In this document: piece after piece, positions 26,801 to 40,100 of the stretch
Position numbering within the stretch: position 1 is the first letter of the stretch
Layout: every line of letters begins with the position of its first letter
Assembly: GCF_035594765.1 (NCBI RefSeq)
Contig: NW_026943823.1
Location: 11,222,001-11,286,000 of the forward strand
From: Anolis carolinensis
Lineage: Eukaryota
Direction of reading: 5' to 3'
DNA length: 64,000 nt
Made by a program: the position numbers and the translations under genes
Notes under the pieces: generated by a model
The model's input: the letters and a program-made list of their open reading frames with translations, nothing else
The model's database searches: none
What the model was told of the DNA's origin: nothing

Positions 26801-29800
26801 TCGTTATTTATAAAGCCGCTTTTCTCCCACAATGGAGACCCAAAGCGGCTTCCAACATGTTAAAAACACAATACAAAATTAAACATCAGTCAAATGTATG
26901 ACTATAAAACATTAAACCAGTTGTACATATTTTTGAACCATGTGTAGCTTCCATCCCTGAACATAAGATATCAATTCAGGATTTGCAATACTTGAAATGC
27001 TTGATTATGTCCATTATGAGGTTTGACTCAAAGCCTATTTAGCTTAAATTCTTGTGAGCTATGAATCCATATTAAAGTGGGAGGGGAGGGGAGTCAGAAT
27101 TTTTCTTGGGTTTTCTCTTTTTAGTCAGTGGGCTTCATAGAAAAAAGGCTTTTAAGCTTGGATGCAACCAATAACTGGAGGGAAATGAAGTGCAAAACAA
27201 AATATGACATTTCAGGTTTGTTCACATTGGTTGTGTTAACCTTAGACTTATAAATTACAAGATGCCCATGATTATCTATAAAGGTTGTAAAATAAAAGGT
27301 TGCCAGAGAAGGAAGGTATGTTATACCCACACAACTTCAACATGCCATACAACAAAGTTATTCCAAGTGAAAGGGTCAGGTTTATTTATTTAATATTTAT
27401 TTATTTAATACATTTATATCTCTCCCTTCTCACCTCGAAGGGGACTCAGAGCGGCTTACAAATTAAATTTACATACATTATATGATTAGCATAGCACAAT
27501 ACTGGCAATAAATTACTATATTGTACTATATAAATATATTGTAATATTATTAGTAATATTACATTTAATATATAATATATAATTAATATTATTATATTGT
27601 ATTATTAGTATTATATTGTATTACAAAATAATATTAATATTATATGCATATACAATATATTATAATATTATATATTATTGTAAATTATATACAATAATTT
27701 TAGAGAGACAAATGGTGGAGACCTCAATAGCTTTAATGGAAGAGCACAGCACAGCACATGATAAGCTCATTTCCTCTGAGCAGTCAGCCCTCAACTGTCT
27801 GCTGAAACAGATATTGATCAGCCTACAAAAAGATAATAAGGAGGATAACTGTTTACTCTCTCTAGGAAGGGAATTCAAGAGTTTGGGGGCAGGCACCAAA
27901 TAAGCCTTCTTCCATGCTCTTACCAGACGTAACTTTGAGGGTTTGGGATATAGAGAAGGCTTTCCAATAAGATCTCAACATATGAATGGGCTCATAGAGG
28001 GAGATAATGGATGAGGTTGCCTGGTATGACAAATTTGCTAGGCATTTTTGAGGAGCAAGTGGCTTGTAACTGCTGGGAACTTGCTACGGTTGTTTCAGAG
28101 TCTGAGAAAATGTCCTGGCTGGTCAGTTTCCTGTAATTAGTTCCAGTTGTTAGACCTTGACACGGCCAGTGTGCTTGAATGAGTCTTTCGTGCCACACTA
28201 TCCACATTACCACTGGAAATCTAGGTAATTAATTAGGTGGGTCCAGCTGATGGGAGATACCTTTCTCTGTGCTGGGGTAGTGTCTTGTTTTCAGGTTAGA
28301 TCTGTGCAGTGAAATGCCCTTCAGTGCCCTGACTGATTATACATTTCGGTGGAAAGGAGTGTTACCCTAGTTGGTCTTCCTAGATACCCCAGTATCTATT
28401 TGCTGGACCAGCGTCATGGAATGAGAGTAGAAGGCACTATGTTGTGGTGGTCGACCTTATATTTACAGTTCCAGCGAGTAATATGTGAGGAATCCTGTTC
28501 AGTCCTATGGCCATTACTGTCAAGTCCTACAGGGTTTATTCTTTTCTTAAATACCATTCAGTCTATATGAAGCTGCTGGAGAGAGATCATTACGGTTTGT
28601 AAGTTGTAAGGGTGTTGATGTCAGGCAGCTCTTTCTCCTTTATTGAGGCAGCTGAAGCCGAGCAGGTGATGTAAGGCCTCGATGCTGAAATCAACTGGAT
28701 GAAGGACAATGCATGGAGGCTGAATCCGGACAAAACAAAACAAATCATGGTTCTTGGATCTGGGACTAGAGTAAGCACTTAGACCTGGATGGGGTTGCAC
28801 TCCCTATGAAGGTCGAAGTGCGTAGCTTGTGAATACTCCGGGGTCTGTTTCTCTCATTGGAAGCCCAAGTAGACTCTATGGCTTTAAAAGGGCTTGGTGC
28901 CAGCTCTGACTAGCTGTGACTTTTCCTGGATAGGAATTATTTATCTGCAGTAGCCCAAGCATCAGTAACATCTTGATTTGATTAGTGCAGTGTGCTCTAC
29001 GTGGGGCTCCCTTTGAGCAGAACTCAGAGGCTACAGCTGGTACAAAATGTAGCAGCCACATTTTCGCGTAGGCAGTGCATAACATCCATCTTAAAGGAGC
29101 TACAATGGCTACGAGTCTTCTTCCAATCTAAACCTGAAGTGCTAGACATGACATAGTAAGTCCTTAATAGACCAGTCCAATAATTGGGGTCTGCTGAAAG
29201 GGCTCTCTTCGGTGTCCCATTCGTGAGAGTGATGCATCTTCATGGGGACTTGGGAGGAGGTATTTGCTGTTGTTGCACTGCCTTTTGTAGAAGGCCTTCC
29301 TCTTGGAGGCCCAATTGGTACCAGTGTTGGTTTCCTTTGGGTGACAATATAAGCAAGGTGTCTGCACGAAACAGAACAGGCTTCCTTCATTTTTAACATT
29401 TGCACAAAAGTAAAAAATTCAGCAGGCACACAAAGCTATGCCTGCTGAAATTCCATTCCTGTTAGAACTATGATGAAGATGCGAGAGAATCTCATGATGA
29501 ATATTATCCCATGCTGAAGGGGAGATTAATATTTTAAATTAATAAAATAAAAACTTATATGCTTTGGGTCCTGGTATCTCTCTCTTGATTATCTTGTCTG
29601 CCTCTAAGATTAGATAAGGATGCTTGTAATAAGCCTTTCTGCATGTTAGTTAAAGCCAAACAAGAGTTGGAGCTCTGCAATGCAACAAAATGTAGCACTT
29701 GCATATAAATGTGTATTAGTGGAGGGAGGTAGGAAACACATGTCTTGTATATTTTGGGAAGTGACTGTTTTTCTCCTGAACCCCAGGTGTCTGAAATTCA

Positions 29801-32800
29801 AGCCAGGTCAGTCCTCATATCTTGGAGCCCCCCAGTTGTATCCCAAAATGAAGAAACTCAGACCCTCTCTCCTACAACTTTCACATTTGAAGTGGCAGTC
29901 TCGAACAGTGGAAAAAATGGGAAGTTTAAATCAGTTTACATGTAAGTCTTATTTCTTAACTACACAGCTGACGAGTATTGTATCCATGAGGATTATTCTC
30001 CCCTTACATTTACACAGAAAGCTATTTTCATAGTCAGTCTGTGGAATGTTTCCGGTGTTGGGTTTCTAGGGCCAAATTTTGAAGAGTCGACTTGCCAGCA
30101 GACGCTGGCCATCCCAATATATAGATATAGGCCAGCACCACGTCACTAACTTTGTCTGTTTGGGGTAAAATTTGTGGCAGGTAGATGGGCTTTGTTTGTA
30201 CTTGAGGAAGATTTCATTGAAAATAAATATTCCATTGCTGTGTAGTAAAAGTCCCTTCTGTTTGCAGAGGTGAAGAGACAACTTTTACAATTCCCGATCT
30301 CAGACCAGCAACTGATTATCATGTCAGGTAAGCTTGGAGAGCAAACACCACTTGGAATTGCAACAGGGTGATGCAGTAAATCTTGATCTCTGTTCTTTTG
30401 CTATATAATATCAAGTGCTACTTCATGGGCCTGCATTCTATTTATGATTATTTACTGTATTTATATACTTCTTTTCTCACCTAGGGGGATTATTATATTT
30501 ACAGCATAATAATGTCAAAATTCAATACCTAACATACATATAAAACCAAATCATAAAATCTAAACAAGAAATATATAACTATGCATTGAAATCAATAACA
30601 CCATTAAACATAAGATTTAAACAACATTTAGACATGAAGACATAGAATTAAAAACAACTAACATAACATTAAAATCACATGATCCAAAATTGTAGACTGG
30701 GGCCATTCCAATTGTCAATTGCATATATTACATATTTATTTCTTGTACTGCATTAGAATGCACTACAACATTCTAGCCCCGTTGTATAATTGCTAGTCTC
30801 ACAGTACAAATGAGGGCAAAGTTAGGGCAAGAATATATGGGTATGATAGTCAGCCCTCAATATTTGTGGGTTATGGGTCACATGGAGGTCCTCGACTGTA
30901 ACTGTGAACAACTTCTAGTGTAATCTGACCATATGGATGCACTGGAGGATGTAGAAATGCCTAGAAAGAATGTATTACTCAAATCTACAAAAGTTAAACC
31001 TTTCAAGTTTAGAAGGCTTATTGTATTCTTCCAGCCAGCTTCAGTGGGGTCTTCCCTCCCCAAGTGTGACAATCCCTTACACTTGGAAGATAACACAAGG
31101 GAAGAAACTAAATCCATGTGAATATACCTATAAAATAGGCAGTCCACAGTCCTCGTGGACAACAAATTAAACATGAGCCAACAATGTGATGCGGCAGCTA
31201 AAAAAGCCAACGGGATTCTGGCCTGCATCAATAGGGGTATAGCGTCTAAATCCAGGGAAGTCACGCTCCCCCTCTATTCTGCCTTGGTCAGGCCACACCT
31301 GGAATACTGTGTCCAATTTTGGGCACCGCAGTTGAAGGGAGATGTTGACAAGCTGGAAAGCGTCCAGAGGAGGGCGACTAAAATGATTAAGGGTCTGGAG
31401 AACAAGCCCTATGAGGAGCGGCTTAAAGAGCTGGGCATGTTTAGCCTGCAGAAGAGAAGGCTGAGAGGAGACATGATGTGGGCCATGTGAGGGGAAGTCA
31501 TAGGGAGGAGGAAGCAAGCTTGTTTTCTGCTGCCCTGCAGACTAGGACACGGAACAATGGCTTCAAACTACAGGAAAGGAGATTCCACCTGAACATCAGG
31601 AAGAACTTCCTCACTGTTCGACAGTGGAACTCTCTCCCCCGGGCTGTGGTGGAGGCTCCTTCTTTGGAGGCTTTTAAGCAGAGGCTAGATGGCCATATGT
31701 CGGGGGTGTTTTGAATGCGATTTCCTGCTTCTTAGCGGGGGGTTGGACTGGATGGCCCATGAGGTCTCTTCCAACTCTACTATTCTATGATTCTATGATT
31801 ATTCACTGTCTTGACTGAACACTGGAATGTAGTGGCGAATGAGAGGCAGGTAGAGACTAAACTGAAATGTGGAGATATAGGCTACATTTAGTCTGTGACT
31901 CCATACAATTATGACTAACCCTGGTCTACATTTTCATATCTCAATTTCATTGTATATTTGGAATAGTTCTTCAATTTTTTTATCATGCAGAGTTTCAGCC
32001 TCAAGCAGTTCCACAAAGGAAACGGTTTCAGAGCTGACAAGTTTTACTACAGAAAGTTGTGAACCAGACCCTCCAGCTGCACCTAAAGTAGTCAACAAAA
32101 CCAAAAACAGCCTGAATCTACAGTGGAAGGTAACTCCTATACAAAATGGCTTTTAACATCTATGTTTCTGTTATGGCAAGGAAATGGCAAGGAAAAAGAG
32201 CTTGAATAGCAAGGGGAAAAAATAAACCTCTTATTTTCTTTTTCTTTTTAGTCCTCCAATGATAATGGCTCCAAAGTGACTAACTACCTTTTAGAATGGG
32301 ATGAGGTCAGTTCTTCTGTTTTTTTTGTGGAGAAAATATATTTAAATTGTCCGGTTGAACTGAATGTATGTGTTGTTGATTAATCTATTTACGACTTTTT
32401 TCCCTGATGACCAAAATTTCTTAGAAGGGGAAAATCATGAATTTTCTATGTAGAGGGATTTTTAGGGAGGAGATTTTTATGACCTAAGTCTCCCACCTCT
32501 AGTCCTACAGCTGCTTTATCCCAGGTTGACTATGTCAACAGTGCACAGTGGTTAACAACCTATAGGTCCTCAGATGTTTTGGCCTTCAACTCCTAGAAAT
32601 CCTAACAGCTGGTAAACTGGCTGGGATTTCTGGGAGTTGTAGGCCAAAACACCTGAGGACCCACAGGTTGAGAACCACTGTTTTAGTGGAAGATTGTGCT
32701 TTTGGTGTCCATTGGGGTTTGGTTCCTGGACTCATAGATGCCAAAATCCATGGATGCTCAAGACTCATTATATACAATTGCATAGTGAGATGGTGTCCTT

Positions 32801-35800
32801 TATATAAAATGCCAAAATCAAGGTTTACATTTGGGATTTACGGTAGGTTGATAACACTTTGTAACAAAATTGGTAAAATGTTCTGTTCCTGGTTTGAAAG
32901 TGTTATTTCCTGTTTTATTGTGCAGTACTTACTTTGAACGTAGTTGTTATACTCCAGAAACTTAGTTTTTGTGGCTGAATTAGTTGAGACCCTATGAGAT
33001 AGCCACTGAAAAAACATAGCAAAATGTGCTGCAGGATGCCTCTCCCATAAAAACAAAGTTTTTGCAGTTTAATAAACATTTGCTATGTTTTTATGATAGA
33101 ACCAATTTTGAAATGATATTTATAACCCAGGAACAACAATCGTGTTACATAGTGTTTTTCTCAAGCTGGTGGTATTTTTGATGGATTCAAACAGCTGACT
33201 GTTTCTCGGATCTACTTATTTCAAAAGGGGAAGAACAGCGCATTCAAGGAATGCTACTATGGCCATCAGAAGCAACACAAAATAACCAAGCTGACCCCTT
33301 CTACAAAATATTCATTCAGGCTGGCAGCCAAAAATGACATTGGAATGAGGTAAAAATGGTTAATATGGTGATTGTTTATTCAGATTTCTGTGATTCTACC
33401 TAGTAGTGAACCTTTTGCCTTTTCTCCTACTTGTAGCGCATTCAGTGAGACGTTGGTGTGTTACACAGTAGGAATTGTTCCTCCGCCACCTTCGGCTCCT
33501 CAGCTGTCTGAATCTGGGGTGACCTGGTTATCTCTTAAATGGAGCCCTCCAACCGGTTTGTCTTCAGATGACTCTCTGACGTACACTTTAGAAATGGAAG
33601 AGGAGGGTTCGGTAAGTTTTTCTGATATTTATAACTTAGGAAACTTGAGTTGAGGATAGGAAAAAAGAGCTTGAAAGTAGCAGCTGCTCTCTGATGCAGA
33701 TTTGAGCGTTGCCTGGTGAATAATTATGTGTTGTGTTATTCAAACGCCCCAGTGGAGAGTGGGAAGGAAATTCTCTCTGATTCTTCCAGGAACCATTTCA
33801 TATCAAGTTGTTGTTGTTGCTGAACATTCAGAAGTGGAAGTGAAACGAAGGGTAGTAAACAGCTAGAACTGGAGTGAACAGAAATACTGTCATAAACTTG
33901 GAAACTTCTTCATAGTCAAAACAATGTATCATCTGACCCAATAGTATCTGTTGTGAGCATGGGAGATTTCAATGCATTGCATCAGAAACCACCGCTTCTT
34001 TTTTTTAAACACACACAGAGAGGGAAAATGCTTTGTTTTGCTAAAGTAAGGGCTTTGTTTTAAATAATTAATTAAAACTTGGATGAGGGGCTCTGCGGGT
34101 CACAAAAATGGGCAGAGCCTCATGGGACGTTGCCAAGCTCGGTATATTCTCTGTCCATTAAATAGCAATTTCTGAGGAATTTGTAGTATTCTAGTAGACA
34201 TGGTTTGCGGCACAATGCAAGCTTGTTGTGTCATGTTATTAAAATTATTTTTCTCTTTTTTTGTACAGGATTATGGTTTCCAAGCAGGGTACAATGGAGA
34301 TGAACTTTCTTGCACTTTAAAAGACTTGAGAAGGAGTACTTCTTATAAATTTAGGGTATGTGCCCAAGTCAAACACTACTTGTGCAGTTGCTAGTAAACA
34401 CCAAGCTCTCCGCTGAAAAAGATGCATTTCATAACTAGACTCCTGCAAAATGAACTGAATAACTGTCAACCTGCAGTATAGTGGGGAAAGTTGAAATAGA
34501 AGCACAACAGTGGCATTCTCCAAAATTTCAGGGTTTTGACATGCAAAGTGTTTTCTCCTGTCTGCTACTCTGAGTCTCTAGCTTGGAATAGATTTTATTT
34601 TGAGTTGCTTGAAAACAGGGAGACTTCTGGATTTTTCTCAAGTTATCTTCTGAGCATTTCTGTTCCCTGCAAATCCCACATTGCATCCCATTCTGCACTA
34701 TGTTCTTACCCCACCATCTGACTGTTTTCACCATTCAAAACCCTTTTCAAACACAGGCATTGTCTCCTTTTTTGAAGGAAGCACCTTTTCTTGCAGTATG
34801 GGGAAGCAATCCTCAAATTGGTTATTGCTCCTTGTATTTATTTAATAACATTCATCCTTTCTATCCATGTGTGCTATTTGTAAACCATCTGAGTCCCTAT
34901 GGGAGATGGTGGTGGGGTATAAAGAAAGTTTATTATTATTATTACTTTAAATGGGAGAGCCCCCCCCTCCAATTCATCTTGAGTTTGTGGTTCTTAACCA
35001 TGGGGTTCATGAACTTAATTTTCAAAAAGTAACTTACGGTATTATCTTAATTTTCTCTGACCTTTAATAGTAAGCCTAACATTTCCTTCCCTTACAAATT
35101 TATGCAATAATTTACAGTAGTATTCACTGCATATCACATTATTTGTTGTTGCATATCATGAAGAATCCCTTACAGTCATCCATACTTTGAAATTACGGTA
35201 GTTGCTAGACCCAATGCTGCTATAGATCCTGCTATACACAAACTATTGTGCTATGTAGTTGACTGTCTGGCAACACAGAATAGGTAACAAACAGAAAGCT
35301 ACCTTTTGAGAAGGAGTCTATGATTTTCACCTGACTGACAAGACAGGTCAAAAAAGCTTAAGACCCCTGATCTGAGCCCTTTACTTCAAGCACTAGGGGC
35401 CCCAACAGGAGAGCGCTCTTGCCCTTACATCCCAGACTCTATGATCACTTTGGAAAATAGGGAGCTGAAGGAGCGGAACTCTTTATTTCATTCTGCAGTT
35501 TCCTTATCTCTCTTAATATTTAAATTGGCACACAGGCTTTAAGCTGATGTTTGCTCTCTCCATCACGTTGCAGCTATTTGCGCATAACACTGAAGGAAAA
35601 AGCGGGCCTAGTGAGATCATTGAATACAGCACAAGTCCAGACAAACCCGGAGCTCCAAGTAAACCGGCTGTAAAGGGAAAGATCCATTCGCATAACGTGA
35701 AAGTGACCTGGGGTAAGCAGACTTCTGTTTGATGCCATGTGGTTCCTTTTTGCTGCCCCTTTTTGCATTAAGCCAAAAACACAAAAGGCATTGGCTTCAG

Positions 35801-37110
35801 TTCAGCACTTTGCATTTGCCATTGGAGCATATAATTAACTCTGCAGAAGTAATGAGCAAGAAGCTCATTAGTCTGGACTGATGGGTTTTGCCTGGATGGC
35901 TGCCTGCTTAGCATACGCATAGACATGTGTGGTGTATGGGACGTGGCTCGGAATCCCTCCTGCCTTTCATCTTAATTGGTACAAACTTGGTCCTGCAGAT
36001 ATTTTAGTTCTTCTGAGATATACAGCCATTTTGACATTTGATGCAGAGATGTATGCAGGGCAGCTTTATGTAATGACCTAGCAAAAGGGTTTAGCATCAG
36101 ATAACAGTGAATCTTTTCCGAGTGGAGCTCTTTATTTTGATACCACTGTCCTAAAATTGCCAATTGAGGTCTAAACTGTTCACATTTGTTATAATCTACT
36201 CAGGACCGCACTGTGTTTGCCTTAAAGCCTTGAGTTTCATCCTGCTCTCAATGTGGTCTCTATTTTATTTTATAGACCCACCAAAGGATAATGGCGGAGC
36301 AGAGATCTCTACGTATATCCTAGAAATGTCAGAGGCCGCGGCTGGTAAGCATAGACTAGTAAACCTGTACCCCATTAATTTTAAATGTCTGATTTAAGCA
36401 TGACTCTGTCTGGATCCAACCAAATATCTGTAGAAAAAAAAGTTTTTAACAATCCCTTGTTGGTTTTTTTATTGTAGATTAATGTTATAGTGCTACTACT
36501 TCTCTTCCCCCTTTTACATTTCTCACTTTGGTATGATCCCGCCGTCAACTCTATTCACTTTAACAGAAGATGAAGTAATAGTTTTGGGTTTTTGTTTATC
36601 ACACTTTTCCATCCATATGGCTGAGTCCAAGTATTTTTATAACAAATCAAATGTTAATTTTATTTTTAATCAATATTATTAGTAATTCATAACAACTACA
36701 TGCTTAAGACCAGCAAGAATAAACTGTGGGCAATGGGGTGGTCATGCGCTCAGCCTTGGGCCATGATGGGGTATGTTTCTAGGTCCAGTATTTTCAGTGG
36801 TGAGAAACGGGAGACACCATGTGAGCAGTTCAGCCAGATTCAAGTCTCCACAATGTTCCAAGTTGTAAAAATGTTCCATTTGCAAAACAAATGTCGTCTC
36901 TTTTTCCTATCTTGTAAATGTACTTTCTTTTTCTCCTAGGCAGTAAATGGGAAGTGGCTTACAGTGGCCCCATGAGAGAACATGTATGTGCTCATCTCAA
37001 GCCTGGTACTTCCTACAGACTAAGAGTTTCCTGCGTTGGCAGAGGGGGCCAGAGTCAGGTGAGCCATGGGGTCCCTTGGAAATAGTTCTCTGTGTGACCC
37101 ATAATAATAA

Positions 37111-37141
<31 letters not shown>

Positions 37142-40100
37142 AATAACTTTATTTTTATACCCCGCCCCATCTCCCCGAAGGGACTTGGGGCGGCTTACAT
37201 GGGGCCAGGCCCGATAAAACAAACAAATAACAGTAACAAAGCAATAAAACAATTATCCCAGTAAAAACATCAACATCAATAAAAACAATCATTAAAATCA
37301 ACAAGCAGGATACAGTGTTAAAAACAGGAGACTCATTCGTAGATCCCAGGCGAAATGCAGAGTGTTACGAAATGAGAAAGGAAATCTCAAGTTGAATGGA
37401 CAATAAAGTGCTGTATAAAATGGCAAGACAACAACAATGGGGACTATTATGGAATGGACAGATAGATCAATCCAGCAACAACTAAACATCGAAGGCCTTT
37501 TGGAACAGCCAGGTTTTTAAGCTCTTCCGGAAGGAGAGGAGGGTAGGGGCCTGCCTGATCTCTCTAGGAAGAGAGTTCCAAAGCCGGGGGGCCACAACGG
37601 AGAAGGCCCTCTCTCTCGTCCCCACCAACCACGACTGTGAGGGTGGTGGGAGCGAGAGAAGGGCCTCCCCCGACGAGCGAAGAGAATGTGTGGGTTCATA
37701 GAGGGAGATGCGGTCTCTAAGGTAGGTGGGTCCCAAACCGTTTAGGGCTTTGTAGGTGATAACCTGCACCTTGAATTGGGCCCAGAAAGTAAATGGCAGC
37801 CAGTGGAGCTCCTTAAACAGAGGCGTTGAACGCGCCCTGTAATTCGCTCCGGTTAGAAGCCTGGCTGCCGAACGCTGTACTAGTTGTAATTTCCGAGCCG
37901 TCTTCAAAGGCAGCCCCACGTAGAGCGCATTGCAATAGTCCAGTCTAGAGGTAACTAAGGCATGGACCACCCTGGTCAGATCAGACTTCTCGAGGTACGG
38001 TCGCAGCTGGCGCACAAGTTTTAGTTGTGCAAAGGCCCTCCCGGCCACGGCCGACACCTGAGCCTCAAGCGTCAGCCCCGAATCCAGGAGGACCCCCAGA
38101 CTGCGGACCTGCGGCTTCAGGGGGAGTGCGACCCCGTCAAGCACAGGTTGCCACCCAATACCTCGATCAGACGTACGACTGACCTGGAGGACCTCTGTCT
38201 TGTCGGGATTAAGTCTCAGTTTGTTCACCCTCATCCAGGCCAACACAGCGGCCAGACACTGGTCCAGAATCCGAGGGGCTTCCTTGGATTTAGGTGGAAA
38301 AGAGTAGTAGAGTTGGGTGTCATCCGCGTAGAGATGGCACCGTACTCCAAAACTCCGGATGACCTCTCCCAGCGGTTTCATGTAGATGTTAAAAAGCATG
38401 GGGGATAAAATAGAACCTTGCGGGACCCCACAGGTCAATGGCCAGGGGTCCGAGCAGGTGTCCCCCAGCTTCACCAACTGGGAACGACCCTCCAGAAAGG
38501 ACTGGAGCCACTGCAGTGCAGTACCCCCAAGACCCATCCCAGAGAGCCGCCCCAGAAGGATACCATGGTCGATGGTATCGAAAGCCGCTGAGATGTCCAA
38601 GAGAACCAGCAGGGTCACACTCCCCCTGTCCAGCTCCCTGTGGAGGTCATCCACCAAGACGACCAAAGCTGTCTCGGTACTGAACCCAGGCCTGAAGCCA
38701 GACTGTGATTGGTCCAGAAAATCCGTATCTTCCAAGAATCCCTGGAGCTGAGAGGCAACCACCCATATTTTCCATGGCAATTCCTAGAAAGCTGCAGAGA
38801 GTAGTATTGGCTACATAATTCATTATCCCCAGCAGCTCGGCTCTTTTTTTAAGGTCAGAAACAAGCAAACAGGAATGTTGCCATGATTTGATAATCCAGA
38901 ATATGAGCTGCAAAGATAGTGATGGAACTGAGTACACGCAAGGTTCTCAATAAAACTTCCTATCCAGACATACCAGATTCCACCAAGGTTGTTCCATGAT
39001 GTACTTTCCAACCATGTCCTGAGTCCGCACAGTTGAATACTTCAAAGTTTATGTGGGTTAAGGCTTTGAGTATAATTGCAAGCTGCTGGGTATATAGGAC
39101 TTCTCTATATTTCGGTGATCTCTTTTGAGCAGATGCAGAATAAATCATACCTGCCCTGCAGACTAGGACACGGAACAATGGCTTCAAAATACAGGAAAGG
39201 AGATTCCACCTGAACATCAGGAAGAACTTCCTCACTGTGAGAGCTGTTCGACAGTGGAACTCTCTCCCCGGGGCTGTGGTGGAGGCTCCTTCCTTGGAGG
39301 CTTTTAAGCAGAGGCTGGATGGCCATCTGTCGGGGGTGCTTTGAATGCGATTTCCTGCTTCTTAGCAGGGGGTTGGACTAGATGGCCCATGTGGTCTCTT
39401 CCAACTCTACTATTCTATGATTCTATGATTAAAGAAATATTGACAATTAAGTTTAATATGTTGACTTTACTCAGGTTATCTTCTTCTTCATGCAGAGCTT
39501 GTTTTATTTCATTTCAGGATGGGCATGGTCTTAGTATGGAGTTAAACCAGGCTGTTAGGAATTGTGGGAGTTGAACTCCAAAACACTTGGAGGGGTGAAC
39601 TTTGTCCATTCCTGGGTTAAACATAGCCTTTCTGAAAAAAGGCCATCCCATTGAAAGCACTTGTGAAATGGATGCAGGTTTCCACACCTGGAAGCTAATG
39701 CGGATGTTTTTTTTCTAGGCATCTGATGTCCTCATGGTTCAGACAGCAGCTGTTCCCCCAGGACCATGCCATTCTCCTTGCCTGGCGAGCAAAGCCAGAC
39801 CTAAGGATATCTCTCTTCAGTGGGGTAAGGTCTAAAATCTAGGTGTATGTGTGTGTGTGCAATGTTTTGTGTGAAAATGCGCCTTATATGGGCCTTGCCG
39901 CCCCGTATTTTCCAGATCCGCCTTCTACGGACGGGGGCTCAGAGGTTACGGAGTACGTTGTGGAAACCGCAAACTCTGACCAGGATGAGCGCAAACAGGT
40001 CTACCATGGCCAGGCGCTTGAATGCACAGTGACCGGTCTCCTTCCTGGGAGGACATACTGCTTCTGGATTCGAGCAGCCAACAAAGTTGGGGTATCTGGT

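Noticed and set aside
37482-38780. 432-aa ORF as a host gene
   Set aside because: It is truncated L2 reverse transcriptase; its Met start comes from flanking DNA
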